Below are positions 8,711-16,029 of a stretch of DNA of 30,676 bases, one piece after another (within the stretch, counting starts at the first letter, position 1; the number at the start of each line of letters is the position of its first letter). The stretch covers positions 1 to 30,676 of IMG/VR virus record IMGVR_UViG_3300032295_000198. The stretch is one strand, 5' to 3'. Source of the DNA: a virus (lineage: Duplodnaviria; Caudoviricetes). The position numbers and the translations under genes are program-made. The notes below the pieces were generated by a model. It did no database searches, was not told the origin of the DNA, and was given only the letters and a program-made list of their open reading frames with translations.

Positions 8711-8769
8711 TGGCACATAAAGGTAAGGGATCCTGTGGATCTAAGGGTGGCAAAGGTGGCAAAAAGTAA
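8710..8769 (+). CDS. Lys/Gly-rich micropeptide (19 aa)
   Basis: [19 protein letters not shown]; starts at a TAATG overlap. Confidence 0.55.
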   Translation: MAHKGKGSCGSKGGKGGKK

Positions 8770-9001
8770 AGGAGTGAGCCTTAAGATTGGTGTACACAAA
8801 TCACGCACTGGTGGCTTGACAGCTGCTGGCCGTGCCAAATATAACAAGGCTACTGGCTCTAATCTAAAGGCTCCACAGCCTGAGGGAGGACCACGTAAGC
8901 GTTCCTTCTGTGCCCGTATGGGTGGCGTAAAGGGACCAATGAAAGATGAGAAGGGTCGCCCTACTCGTAAAGCACTAGCCCTTCGTAAGTGGAAATGCTA
9001 A
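8756..9001 (+). CDS. basic protein with RKRSFCARM motif (DUF6321-like; GTG start uncertain)
   Basis: GGLTAAGRAKYN..TGSNLKAP...RKRSFCARM...ALALRKWKC pattern common in aquatic phages. Confidence 0.8.
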   Translation: MAKSKGVSLKIGVHKSRTGGLTAAGRAKYNKATGSNLKAPQPEGGPRKRSFCARMGGVKGPMKDEKGRPTRKALALRKWKC

Positions 9002-9151
9002 ATGGCTAAACCTGGACTCTACGCAAACATCCACGCTAAGCGTATGCGTATCGCTGCTGGCAGTGATGAGAAGATGCGTAAACCTGGTGCTAAAGGAGCA
9101 CCCACTGCAGCTCAATTTAAACGTGCAGCTAAGACTGCTAAAAAGAAGTAA
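9002..9151 (+). CDS. Lys/Ala-rich microprotein (49 aa)
   Basis: MAKPGLYANIHAKRMRIAAGSDEKMRKPGAKGAPTAAQFKRAAKTAKKK*; abuts the previous stop. Confidence 0.8.
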   Translation: MAKPGLYANIHAKRMRIAAGSDEKMRKPGAKGAPTAAQFKRAAKTAKKK

Positions 9152-9156
9152 CTACC

Positions 9157-9279
9157 ATGCCTAAAGTCGGAAACAAAGAGTATCCTTATACTCCTGCTGG
9201 TAAAGCAGCAGCCAAGAAGGCAGCCGCTAAAACCGGTAAGCCTGTTAAGATGAAGCCTTCGGCTAAGAAGGGCTATTGA
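9157..9279 (+). CDS. Lys/Ala-rich microprotein (40 aa)
   Basis: MPKVGNKEYPYTPAGKAAAKKAAAKTGKPVKMKPSAKKGY*. Confidence 0.78.
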   Translation: MPKVGNKEYPYTPAGKAAAKKAAAKTGKPVKMKPSAKKGY

Positions 9280-9284
9280 TCGAT

Positions 9285-9323
9285 AGAGGCTTAGCCCCTA
9301 GCGAGTAGTGCTGGGCCTCTTTA
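9285..9323 (+). promoter_or_regulatory. intergenic stem-loop (terminator or processing site)
   Basis: AGAGGCTTAGC (9285-9295) pairs with GCTGGGCCTCT (9310-9320), including two G-U pairs; inner CTA/TAG stem; only a short T-run follows. Confidence 0.55.
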
Positions 9324-9363
9324 ATGAGTAGATGGAAATATAAATGTTCCTTGCTATCTTATT

Positions 9364-9660
9364 ATGATTCCTCTTCTAACTACTCTGTCAGTGATTAGCT
9401 CTTGGTATGGTCCCGGCTTCAATGGGAACCTTACTGCGAGTGGATCACGATACAATCAAAACGGCCTTACTGCAGCGCACAAGACACTCCCCTTTGGTAC
9501 ACGCTTACGTGTGTGTTTAAAGAGGTGTGCCGTGGTGACGGTCAACGATCGTGGACCCTACATTCATGGTAGGAGCCTTGATCTCAGTAAAGGTGCGGCT
9601 GATGCTATCGGTCTCACTGCCTCTGGAGTTGGACGAGTATCCGTTACTCGACTTAACTAA
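9364..9660 (+). CDS. rlpA: RlpA-like double-psi beta-barrel lytic transglycosylase domain protein
   Basis: SWYG..F.G..TASG, TAAHKTLPFGT, VTVNDRGPY, LDLSKGAA motifs; hydrophobic N-terminus. Confidence 0.9.
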   Translation: MIPLLTTLSVISSWYGPGFNGNLTASGSRYNQNGLTAAHKTLPFGTRLRVCLKRCAVVTVNDRGPYIHGRSLDLSKGAADAIGLTASGVGRVSVTRLN

Positions 9661-9666
9661 CTACAC

Positions 9667-10728
9667 ATGACTACTACTCTAGTAGCCCCTAAGTCCCGGA
9701 CTAACATCTGGGACTCTTACTTGAGCTGGGTAACCAGCACAGACAATCGTCTTTATATTGGTCACTTTGGAGTCCTTATGATTCCAACCTTGTTGGCCGC
9801 TGCTACATGTTTTATCATTGCATTCATTGCGGCTCCCCCTGTCGATATTGATGGCATCCGCGAGCCCGTAGCTGGGAGTCTTCTTTATGGCAACAACATC
9901 ATATCGGGAGCCGTCGTACCGAGCAGCAATGCCATCGGACTACACCTCTACCCAATTTGGGAAGCTAATTCACTTGATGAATGGCTCTACAACGGGGGTC
10001 CGTTCCAACTCACAGTATTCCACTTCCTCATTGGCATCTATGCTTACATGGGACGAGAGTGGGAACTTAGCTATCGATTAGGGATGAGGCCTTGGATTTG
10101 TGTCGCATACTCAGCCCCTGTTGCCGCAGCGTCGGCAGTCTTCCTTGTATATCCGTTTGGTCAAGGTTCATTCTCCGATGCTATGCCTCTGGGTATTTCG
10201 GGGACCTTCAACTACATGCTTGTTTTCCAAGCCGAGCATAATATCCTTATGCACCCCTTCCACATGCTTGGTGTGGCTGGCGTGTTCGGTGGGTCGCTAT
10301 TCAGTGCGATGCACGGTTCACTGGTTACGTCCTCTCTTGTTCGTGAGACGACTGAAGAGATCTCTCAGAACTATGGTTACAAGTTTGGGCAGGAAGAGGA
10401 GACCTACAACATTGTAGCTGCTCATGGCTACTTCGGTCGTTTGATCTTCCAATATGCATCTTTCAATAATAGCCGTAGCCTTCATTTCTTCCTTGCTGCT
10501 TGGCCTGTTGTTGGCATTTGGTTTGCTGCTTTGGGCGTTTCGACCATGGCTTTCAATCTTAATGGTTTCAACTTTAACCAAAGCCTTATCGACTCTCAAG
10601 GGCAAGTGATCAATACCTGGGCTGATATCCTTAATCGAGCTGGACTTGGTTTTGAAGTAATGCACGAGCGTAATGCTCATAACTTCCCACTTGATCTAGC
10701 TACACACACTACACCTCTTATTGGTTAA
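9667..10728 (+). CDS. psbA: photosystem II reaction centre protein D1
   Basis: Full-length D1: [49 protein letters not shown]. Confidence 0.99.
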   Translation: MTTTLVAPKSRTNIWDSYLSWVTSTDNRLYIGHFGVLMIPTLLAAATCFIIAFIAAPPVDIDGIREPVAGSLLYGNNIISGAVVPSSNAIGLHLYPIWEANSLDEWLYNGGPFQLTVFHFLIGIYAYMGREWELSYRLGMRPWICVAYSAPVAAASAVFLVYPFGQGSFSDAMPLGISGTFNYMLVFQAEHNILMHPFHMLGVAGVFGGSLFSAMHGSLVTSSLVRETTEEISQNYGYKFGQEEETYNIVAAHGYFGRLIFQYASFNNSRSLHFFLAAWPVVGIWFAALGVSTMAFNLNGFNFNQSLIDSQGQVINTWADILNRAGLGFEVMHERNAHNFPLDLATHTTPLIG

Positions 10729-10730
10729 TT

Positions 10731-11075
10731 ATGACCTACTCTGGCGCCACTACATTTAATATCCCAAACAACCGACATACAGAACACGTTGAGCCTCTCG
10801 GTATCCCTACCGTAGCTCGACAGCTTACTGCAACTGCTACTTCTGCTAACACTGCATTGACTGCAAACATTTCACGTATCAGCATCCGTGCTCGTGGTTG
10901 TGATATTCGTTATGTGGTTGGCGTCGGAGCACAAACTGCTAACGCTTCCACGAGTCACTTCATTGCTAATGGTGAGCGTCTTGATATCGCTGTACCGTTT
11001 GGTGCAAACATTGCAATCATTCGTGAATCTGCAGCTACTGTGAATGGTAGCTTGGCCCTTACCGAACTTACCTAA
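10731..11075 (+). CDS. small beta-rich protein, putative head-spike base / fibre adaptor
   Basis: 114 aa, Ala/Thr/Ile-rich with alternating beta-strand pattern, directly upstream of the fibre-like gene. Function is inferred. Confidence 0.55.
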   Translation: MTYSGATTFNIPNNRHTEHVEPLGIPTVARQLTATATSANTALTANISRISIRARGCDIRYVVGVGAQTANASTSHFIANGERLDIAVPFGANIAIIRESAATVNGSLALTELT

Positions 11076-11076
11076 G

Positions 11077-12918
11077 ATGAGACTAGCTGGAACTAAGCTG
11101 GCGGCAAATCATCAATACCGTGGGTTTGGTGACCAGCTTTATGATCTTTCAGGGCAACGCCCATCTCTTGACCTTAACTTCGCAAACAGTAAGAGCCTCG
11201 TTGACGCCACCACCGCACAGAACCTCGTCACCTTCACCCGCGCCAGCAGCGGCACGTATGTGGGCAGCGACGGGCTGATCAAGACGGCAGTGACGAATTT
11301 GCAGACAAACTCGGAAAATATTGCAAGTCTTGGTACTTTGGTTGGAAGTACAGTTACGTCGAACATTACTCTGGCGCCAGACGGGCAGACAACTGCAGAT
11401 AAGCTGGTTGAAGATACTTCTACAGGTGGCCACCAAGTCTCAGGAATAAGCATAGCTTGGGCTGGAAATACAACATACACAGTCTCTGTTTATGCAAAAG
11501 CAGACACTCGTACACAGTTGACTGTTGCATTTGGTACTTCTAGCAACTGGGTAAACAGTAGTCGCACTGCTACGTTTAACTTGGCGAATGGAACTATTTC
11601 ATCCCAGTCTATAGCTCCACTTACTGCATCTATTCAGGCGTTATCTAATGGCTGGTACCGCTGCGTCGTATCTGCAACTACAGTTGCTTCTCCAGTCGCA
11701 AGTACATTGGTTCTTCAACTAAATAACGGTGTCTCTACAAGTTACACCGGAGACGGTACCAGCGGCTTGTTTCTCTGGGGCGCCCAACTAGAGCAGTCGT
11801 CTACTGTGGGTGAGTACATCCCCACCACCAGTACGATCAACTCCGCCCCACGCTTCGATCACAACCCCACGACCGGCGAGAGCTTGGGCCTGCTGGTGGA
11901 GGAAAGTAGGACAAACCTCACGCAAAAAAGCCAAGAGTTTGAGGATGTTTACTGGACTAAAACTGACTGCACCATAACCGCTAATGAGTCAACAGCCCCA
12001 GATGGCACGTTAACTGCTGATCTTTGGACGAATACAACTTCTCCTGGAATCATTAGCAATAGCATTACAAAAGACGCAACCTCTCGCACTTACACTGGAT
12101 CGTTGTGGGTAAAAGGAAACGCCACCCAATTCACAATGTCCATTGACAATGGCGGCACAGTTAACCGTGGAAGGGTTGTTTTTAATTTAAGTTCAAACAC
12201 AATTAGCAGTGCAAATAATGATGGTAATTTTACCAACACAAGCGGAAGCATTACTCTTTATTCAGATGGCTGGAAACGTTTAACTATTACTACAACAACC
12301 AGCACCATTACCACAATTCGTTTTAGACCTTTCTTTAGTGGCTCTGGATCTACAGTGCGAATTTGGGGTGCCCAGGTCGAAGAGGGTACTTTTGCAACCA
12401 GCTACATCCCCACAACCACAGCCACGGTCACCCGCAGTGCTGATGTGGCCAGTATTACGGGGGCTAACTTCTCTAGCTGGTATCGGCAGGATGAGGGGAC
12501 GGTGTTTGCGGATAACACCAGTTATGCAATTAACAATACAAGAATTGCTTCTTTTTCAGATAATACAGCGTCTAATCGTGTATTGATTGCCCGTGGATCT
12601 GGCTCCGGTGGTAACATCAACATTACTGTTACTGTTGACGGAACTGTCCAAGTTTCAAGTTTTGTTTTTGCATCTTCTTTGGGAGCCAACACTGCCCTCA
12701 AGGTAGCAGGGGGCTTTAAAGCATCTGACTTTGCCGGATCGGTTAATGGAGCTGCACCTACTACGCGAACCAGTGGATCTATGGCGACGACAGTAAACCA
12801 GCTAGGTATTGGTAATGGTGAAGTGTTAGGCACTAATACTTTTTCTGGCACCATACGCCGCCTCGTCTACTGGCCGCAACGCCTTTCCAACAGCACCCTT
12901 CAGCAGATCACCCAATGA
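11077..12918 (+). CDS. putative head fibre / spike adhesin with two carbohydrate-binding-like domains and a C-terminal lectin-like domain
   Basis: PSLDLNF, TFTRASSGTY, PRFDHNP..GLLVEESRTNL, twice APDG..TAD...GWxR...WGAQ(L/V)E...YIPTT, and TRSADVASI: motifs of phage/GTA head-spike fibre proteins. Confidence 0.7.
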   Translation: MRLAGTKLAANHQYRGFGDQLYDLSGQRPSLDLNFANSKSLVDATTAQNLVTFTRASSGTYVGSDGLIKTAVTNLQTNSENIASLGTLVGSTVTSNITLAPDGQTTADKLVEDTSTGGHQVSGISIAWAGNTTYTVSVYAKADTRTQLTVAFGTSSNWVNSSRTATFNLANGTISSQSIAPLTASIQALSNGWYRCVVSATTVASPVASTLVLQLNNGVSTSYTGDGTSGLFLWGAQLEQSSTVGEYIPTTSTINSAPRFDHNPTTGESLGLLVEESRTNLTQKSQEFEDVYWTKTDCTITANESTAPDGTLTADLWTNTTSPGIISNSITKDATSRTYTGSLWVKGNATQFTMSIDNGGTVNRGRVVFNLSSNTISSANNDGNFTNTSGSITLYSDGWKRLTITTTTSTITTIRFRPFFSGSGSTVRIWGAQVEEGTFATSYIPTTTATVTRSADVASITGANFSSWYRQDEGTVFADNTSYAINNTRIASFSDNTASNRVLIARGSGSGGNINITVTVDGTVQVSSFVFASSLGANTALKVAGGFKASDFAGSVNGAAPTTRTSGSMATTVNQLGIGNGEVLGTNTFSGTIRRLVYWPQRLSNSTLQQITQ

Positions 12919-13142
12919 CGACTTATCTCCGCTTCCCCGATGAAGCCATCGGCAGGGCTGTATTGGCTGACTACCTGACAGAAGACGATACCTGGATTAC
13001 CGCTAGCCATAGTCATGCATTGGATGTCATTGGTGAGATCCCTGACATGGCTGGCTGGCACGTCAACTATGTTGGCAACCTACCTGATGGGTGGGATGCT
13101 TACATCGTTACACCTAATCAACCTGTAAGGGTTTTCTTTTAA
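12915..13142 (+). CDS. small acidic protein, putative fibre assembly partner
   Basis: ATGA overlap with the fibre gene; YLRFPDE...LDVIG...GWHVN...TP..PVRVF pattern typical of genes following such fibres. Confidence 0.7.
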   Translation: MTTYLRFPDEAIGRAVLADYLTEDDTWITASHSHALDVIGEIPDMAGWHVNYVGNLPDGWDAYIVTPNQPVRVFF

Positions 13143-13149
13143 TTGGATT

Positions 13150-13182
13150 GGAGGCACCTCAGAGTAGGACCTCCTTTTCTTT
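13150..13182 (+). terminator. hairpin plus U-tract (possible intrinsic terminator)
   Basis: GGAGG-CA-CCT-CAGAGT-AGG-A-CCTCC followed by TTTTCTTT. Confidence 0.5.
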
Positions 13183-13300
13183 GGCTTAGGCCGGTTACGA
13201 CCGACACCCTTTGCCATGACAGTCGGAGAGACGACACCAACAAAATGACAACAAAAATTCTAGGCGCTTAGAGAGACTAACACACAACAATTCTCTCTCT
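13182..13300 (+). promoter_or_regulatory. structured leader of the major capsid gene
   Basis: Nested stems TGGC/GCCA, AGG/CCT, CGGT-TACG-ACCG; then GTCG-GAGAGA-CGAC; then AGAGAGA/TCTCTCT. Confidence 0.5.
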
Positions 13301-13309
13301 TAAACTATT

Positions 13310-14311
13310 GTGGCTAACACTACTCAAACTCTGGTAGGTGCTCTTAACAAAGTTAATAACGGCACTTACGATTCTAAGTATGCAACTTACCTGAAACTGT
13401 TTTCGGGTGAGATGTTCAAAGCCTATGAAGGCGCGACGATCGCCAAAGGCACCGTGCAGAGCCGTACTCTGAAGAATGGTAAGGCTCTGCAGTTTATCTT
13501 CACTGGCCGTATGCAGGCCGCCTATCATACCCCTGGTACTCCTATCTTGGGTAGCGGCGATCCTCCGGTGGCAGAGAAGACCATCGTCTGTGATGACCTG
13601 CTCATCTCTAGTGCATTCGTGTATGACCTGGATGAGACCCTGGCTCACTACTCCCTGCGTTCTGAAATCGCTAAGAAGATCGGCTACGCTCTTGCTGAGA
13701 GCTATGACAAAAAGATCTTCCGTCAGATCGCTAAAGCTGCTCGTGAAGCTCACCCCATCACTGCCGCTCCTGGCCCTGAGCCCGGCGGTTCTGTGATCCA
13801 ACTGGGTGTGCAGAAGGAGTATGATGCTCAAGCACTTGTTGATGCTTTCTTTGAGGCTGCTTCTATTCTCGATGAGAAGAACCTGCCTAAGCAAGGTCGC
13901 ACCGCTGTGCTGTCCCCGCGTCAGTACTATGCACTGGTGAGCCAAGTGGATAGCAACATCCTCAACCGTGACTATGGTAACAGCCAAGGTAACCTGAACT
14001 CCGGCGAAGGTCTCTATGAGATCGCTGGTATCAGCATCAAGCGTTCCAACAACCTGCCCTTCCTGGCCGGTTCTGTGTCGTCTGTTCCTGGTGAGAACAA
14101 CAACTACTCTGGTGACTTCAGCACCCACTGTGGTCTGATCTACTACAAGGATGCTGCTGGTGTTGTGGAAGCCATTGCTCCCTCCGTGCAGACCACTTCT
14201 GGTGATGTCTCTGTGATGTATCAAGGTGACCTCATCGTGGGTCGTCTGGCCATGGGCTGCGGCACTCTGAACCCCGCTGCTGCTATTGAGCTGCAGTCGG
14301 CTCGCTCCTGA
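13310..14311 (+). CDS. major capsid protein (gp10)
   Basis: YLKLFSGEMFKAY, RTLKNGKALQF, CDDLLISSAFVYDLDETLAHY, YQGDLIVGRLAMG; strongly biased codons. Confidence 0.98.
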   Translation: MANTTQTLVGALNKVNNGTYDSKYATYLKLFSGEMFKAYEGATIAKGTVQSRTLKNGKALQFIFTGRMQAAYHTPGTPILGSGDPPVAEKTIVCDDLLISSAFVYDLDETLAHYSLRSEIAKKIGYALAESYDKKIFRQIAKAAREAHPITAAPGPEPGGSVIQLGVQKEYDAQALVDAFFEAASILDEKNLPKQGRTAVLSPRQYYALVSQVDSNILNRDYGNSQGNLNSGEGLYEIAGISIKRSNNLPFLAGSVSSVPGENNNYSGDFSTHCGLIYYKDAAGVVEAIAPSVQTTSGDVSVMYQGDLIVGRLAMGCGTLNPAAAIELQSARS

Positions 14312-14329
14312 TAATAGGGAGGCAATCTA

Positions 14330-14521
14330 GTGGCTATTACTCCTGGCACTTCTGAAGTTGTAAAGATTCCTGCTACGCAGATCTTTAGTTCCAGTAGCTC
14401 TGTTGCCTCCTACACCCTGAACCCCTGTTCTCCTCTTGAGGCAGGGCGTCTGGTTGTAGGAAATGGTGTGCAGGATCGTGGAACAATTGGCTCTTCTATT
14501 TCTGGAGCAACCGCTTCGTAA
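14330..14521 (+). CDS. small hypothetical protein (63 aa), putative capsid accessory
   Basis: GTG preceded by SD-like AGGGAGG; located in the capsid operon. Confidence 0.65.
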   Translation: MAITPGTSEVVKIPATQIFSSSSSVASYTLNPCSPLEAGRLVVGNGVQDRGTIGSSISGATAS

Positions 14522-14539
14522 CTCAATTTAGGATAAACA

Positions 14540-15022
14540 ATGTCTATCACTCTTAATGGTAATATCGGTGCTGTGTATCAGCCTGATATGATGCAACTGG
14601 CTAATGTTGTTGATGCTAACCAAGTTGTTAACAACAGCTCAACTCTGGTTGATGTTCCTCAACTGAGCCTCAACGTTGCTGCGAATGAGCGCGTGCTCTT
14701 CCGTCTCAACCTGTTCTATAACACTGCTGCTGGTGCTGACTTCAAGTATCAAGTGGCTGTGCCTACCAGCCCTACCCTGTACCGTCAGCTGACTGAAGGT
14801 AAGGCTCCTGATGACACTGCAGTTGATCTGGCTATTGCCACGACTTCTGCTGCTATCTCCATTCTTGGTGCTGCCAACACTAACGGTTTCCTGCGTGTTA
14901 CTGGTGTGCTGGTGAATGGCGCTACTGCTGGTACTATCCAGTTCAAGTTTGCACAGGATGCTGCTACTGCTAGCGACACCACTATCTATGCTGGTTCTTT
15001 CCTTGAATACCGGAAATACTGA
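14540..15022 (+). CDS. beta-rich hypothetical protein (160 aa), putative capsid decoration
   Basis: AGGA upstream, capsid-like codon usage, lies before the terminator. Confidence 0.7.
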   Translation: MSITLNGNIGAVYQPDMMQLANVVDANQVVNNSSTLVDVPQLSLNVAANERVLFRLNLFYNTAAGADFKYQVAVPTSPTLYRQLTEGKAPDDTAVDLAIATTSAAISILGAANTNGFLRVTGVLVNGATAGTIQFKFAQDAATASDTTIYAGSFLEYRKY

Positions 15023-15024
15023 TC

Positions 15025-15288
15025 ATGGCTAACATCTCTCAAGCTGCTGGTGGCAGCGGTGTAAGTGGTAGTGGCGCCCCTGGTGCTGTGACTGGCGCTT
15101 ACGATACCGCCTATACTGCTAATGGTAACCTGGCGGTGGCTGGCTCTAATGCCGTCCGCCGTAGTGTTGCTAAGACTAACGGTACTACCGTATCCAAGGT
15201 GTTCTCTATCACCTCTGGTTTCCGCACTGCTTATGCTGGTGTGGAAGTTGATTCTCCGGCACTTGATGCTACTCGCACTGGTGCTTAA
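15025..15288 (+). CDS. Gly/Ala-rich small protein (87 aa), putative capsid accessory
   Basis: RRSVAKT motif; last gene before the strong terminator. Confidence 0.7.
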   Translation: MANISQAAGGSGVSGSGAPGAVTGAYDTAYTANGNLAVAGSNAVRRSVAKTNGTTVSKVFSITSGFRTAYAGVEVDSPALDATRTGA

Positions 15289-15300
15289 TTAGTTTTACTA

Positions 15301-15346
15301 AGGGGTCCTTCGATGGCGACTAGCCGTCACCGGGATCCTTTTTTTT
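15301..15346 (+). terminator. Rho-independent terminator (T-phi position)
   Basis: Outer stem GGGTCC/GGATCC, inner GATGGC/GCCGTC, then T8; between the capsid cluster and tail tube A. Confidence 0.88.
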
Positions 15347-15369
15347 AATTTCCTTATAACGTCATTATT

Positions 15370-16029
15370 ATGCCGTATACCAATAACGCTCAGGCTGAGC
15401 TACAAGCTGTTAATGAAATTCTGGCGTCTATTGGTCAGGCGCCTGTTACCACCATCGAGGCACAGACCATCACGTATGAAGATGGGTCTACTGTCGAAGC
15501 TGTAATCAACCCGGAAGTTGCAATTACTTATGAGACCTTAATGCAAGTCTCTCGGGAGGTACAGGCAGAGGGGTGGACATTTAACCGAGAGGTTGAGTAC
15601 CCACTTACTCCTGATACTAATGGCTATCTATCATTGACTGGTAGTATGCTACAAATGGATCTTAGTGATACTATCGCTAATACTAATTACGATACTGTTA
15701 TTAGGAACGGTAGGCTCTATGATAAGATCGGCCATACTGATGTATGGGATACCACTGAAACCTACGATGTAGATGTGGTCTGGTATTATGACTTTATTGA
15801 TCTCCCTCAAGTCTTTAGGGATTACATCACATCACGAGCTGCTACACGTTGTGCTATTCGTCTTGTTGGTGATGTGAACCTTACCCAAACACTTGGTTCT
15901 TTTGAGGTACTACGTAGGGCTAATTGCCTTGAGTATGAGTGCAATGAAGGTGACTACACTATGTTTGGCTTCAAGCAAGGTGATGGGTTCTACAATAGCT
16001 ACAAACCATTTAAGGCTCTTGCACGATGA
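15370..16029 (+). CDS. tail tubular protein A (gp11)
   Basis: ELQAVNEILASIGQAPV, VQAEGWTFNRE, LPQVFRDYITSRA. Confidence 0.95.
   Translation: MPYTNNAQAELQAVNEILASIGQAPVTTIEAQTITYEDGSTVEAVINPEVAITYETLMQVSREVQAEGWTFNREVEYPLTPDTNGYLSLTGSMLQMDLSDTIANTNYDTVIRNGRLYDKIGHTDVWDTTETYDVDVVWYYDFIDLPQVFRDYITSRAATRCAIRLVGDVNLTQTLGSFEVLRRANCLEYECNEGDYTMFGFKQGDGFYNSYKPFKALAR

Noticed and set aside
9280-9363. tRNA or named riboswitch in the intergenic gap
   Set aside because: No cloverleaf or T-loop consensus; a named Rfam family cannot be assigned without a search.
11077-12918. Diversity-generating retroelement target in the fibre gene
   Set aside because: No reverse transcriptase in the window and no near-identical repeat pair differing only at adenines was seen; the duplicated domains are highly diverged.
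13277-14224. 315-aa antisense ORF opposite the capsid gene
   Set aside because: No recognisable motifs; explained by the strong codon bias of the sense gene, and all credible genes are on the + strand.
14280-14330. T7-style 10A/10B programmed frameshift
   Set aside because: No slippery run visible near the capsid end, and the next ORF is in the same frame behind three stops.
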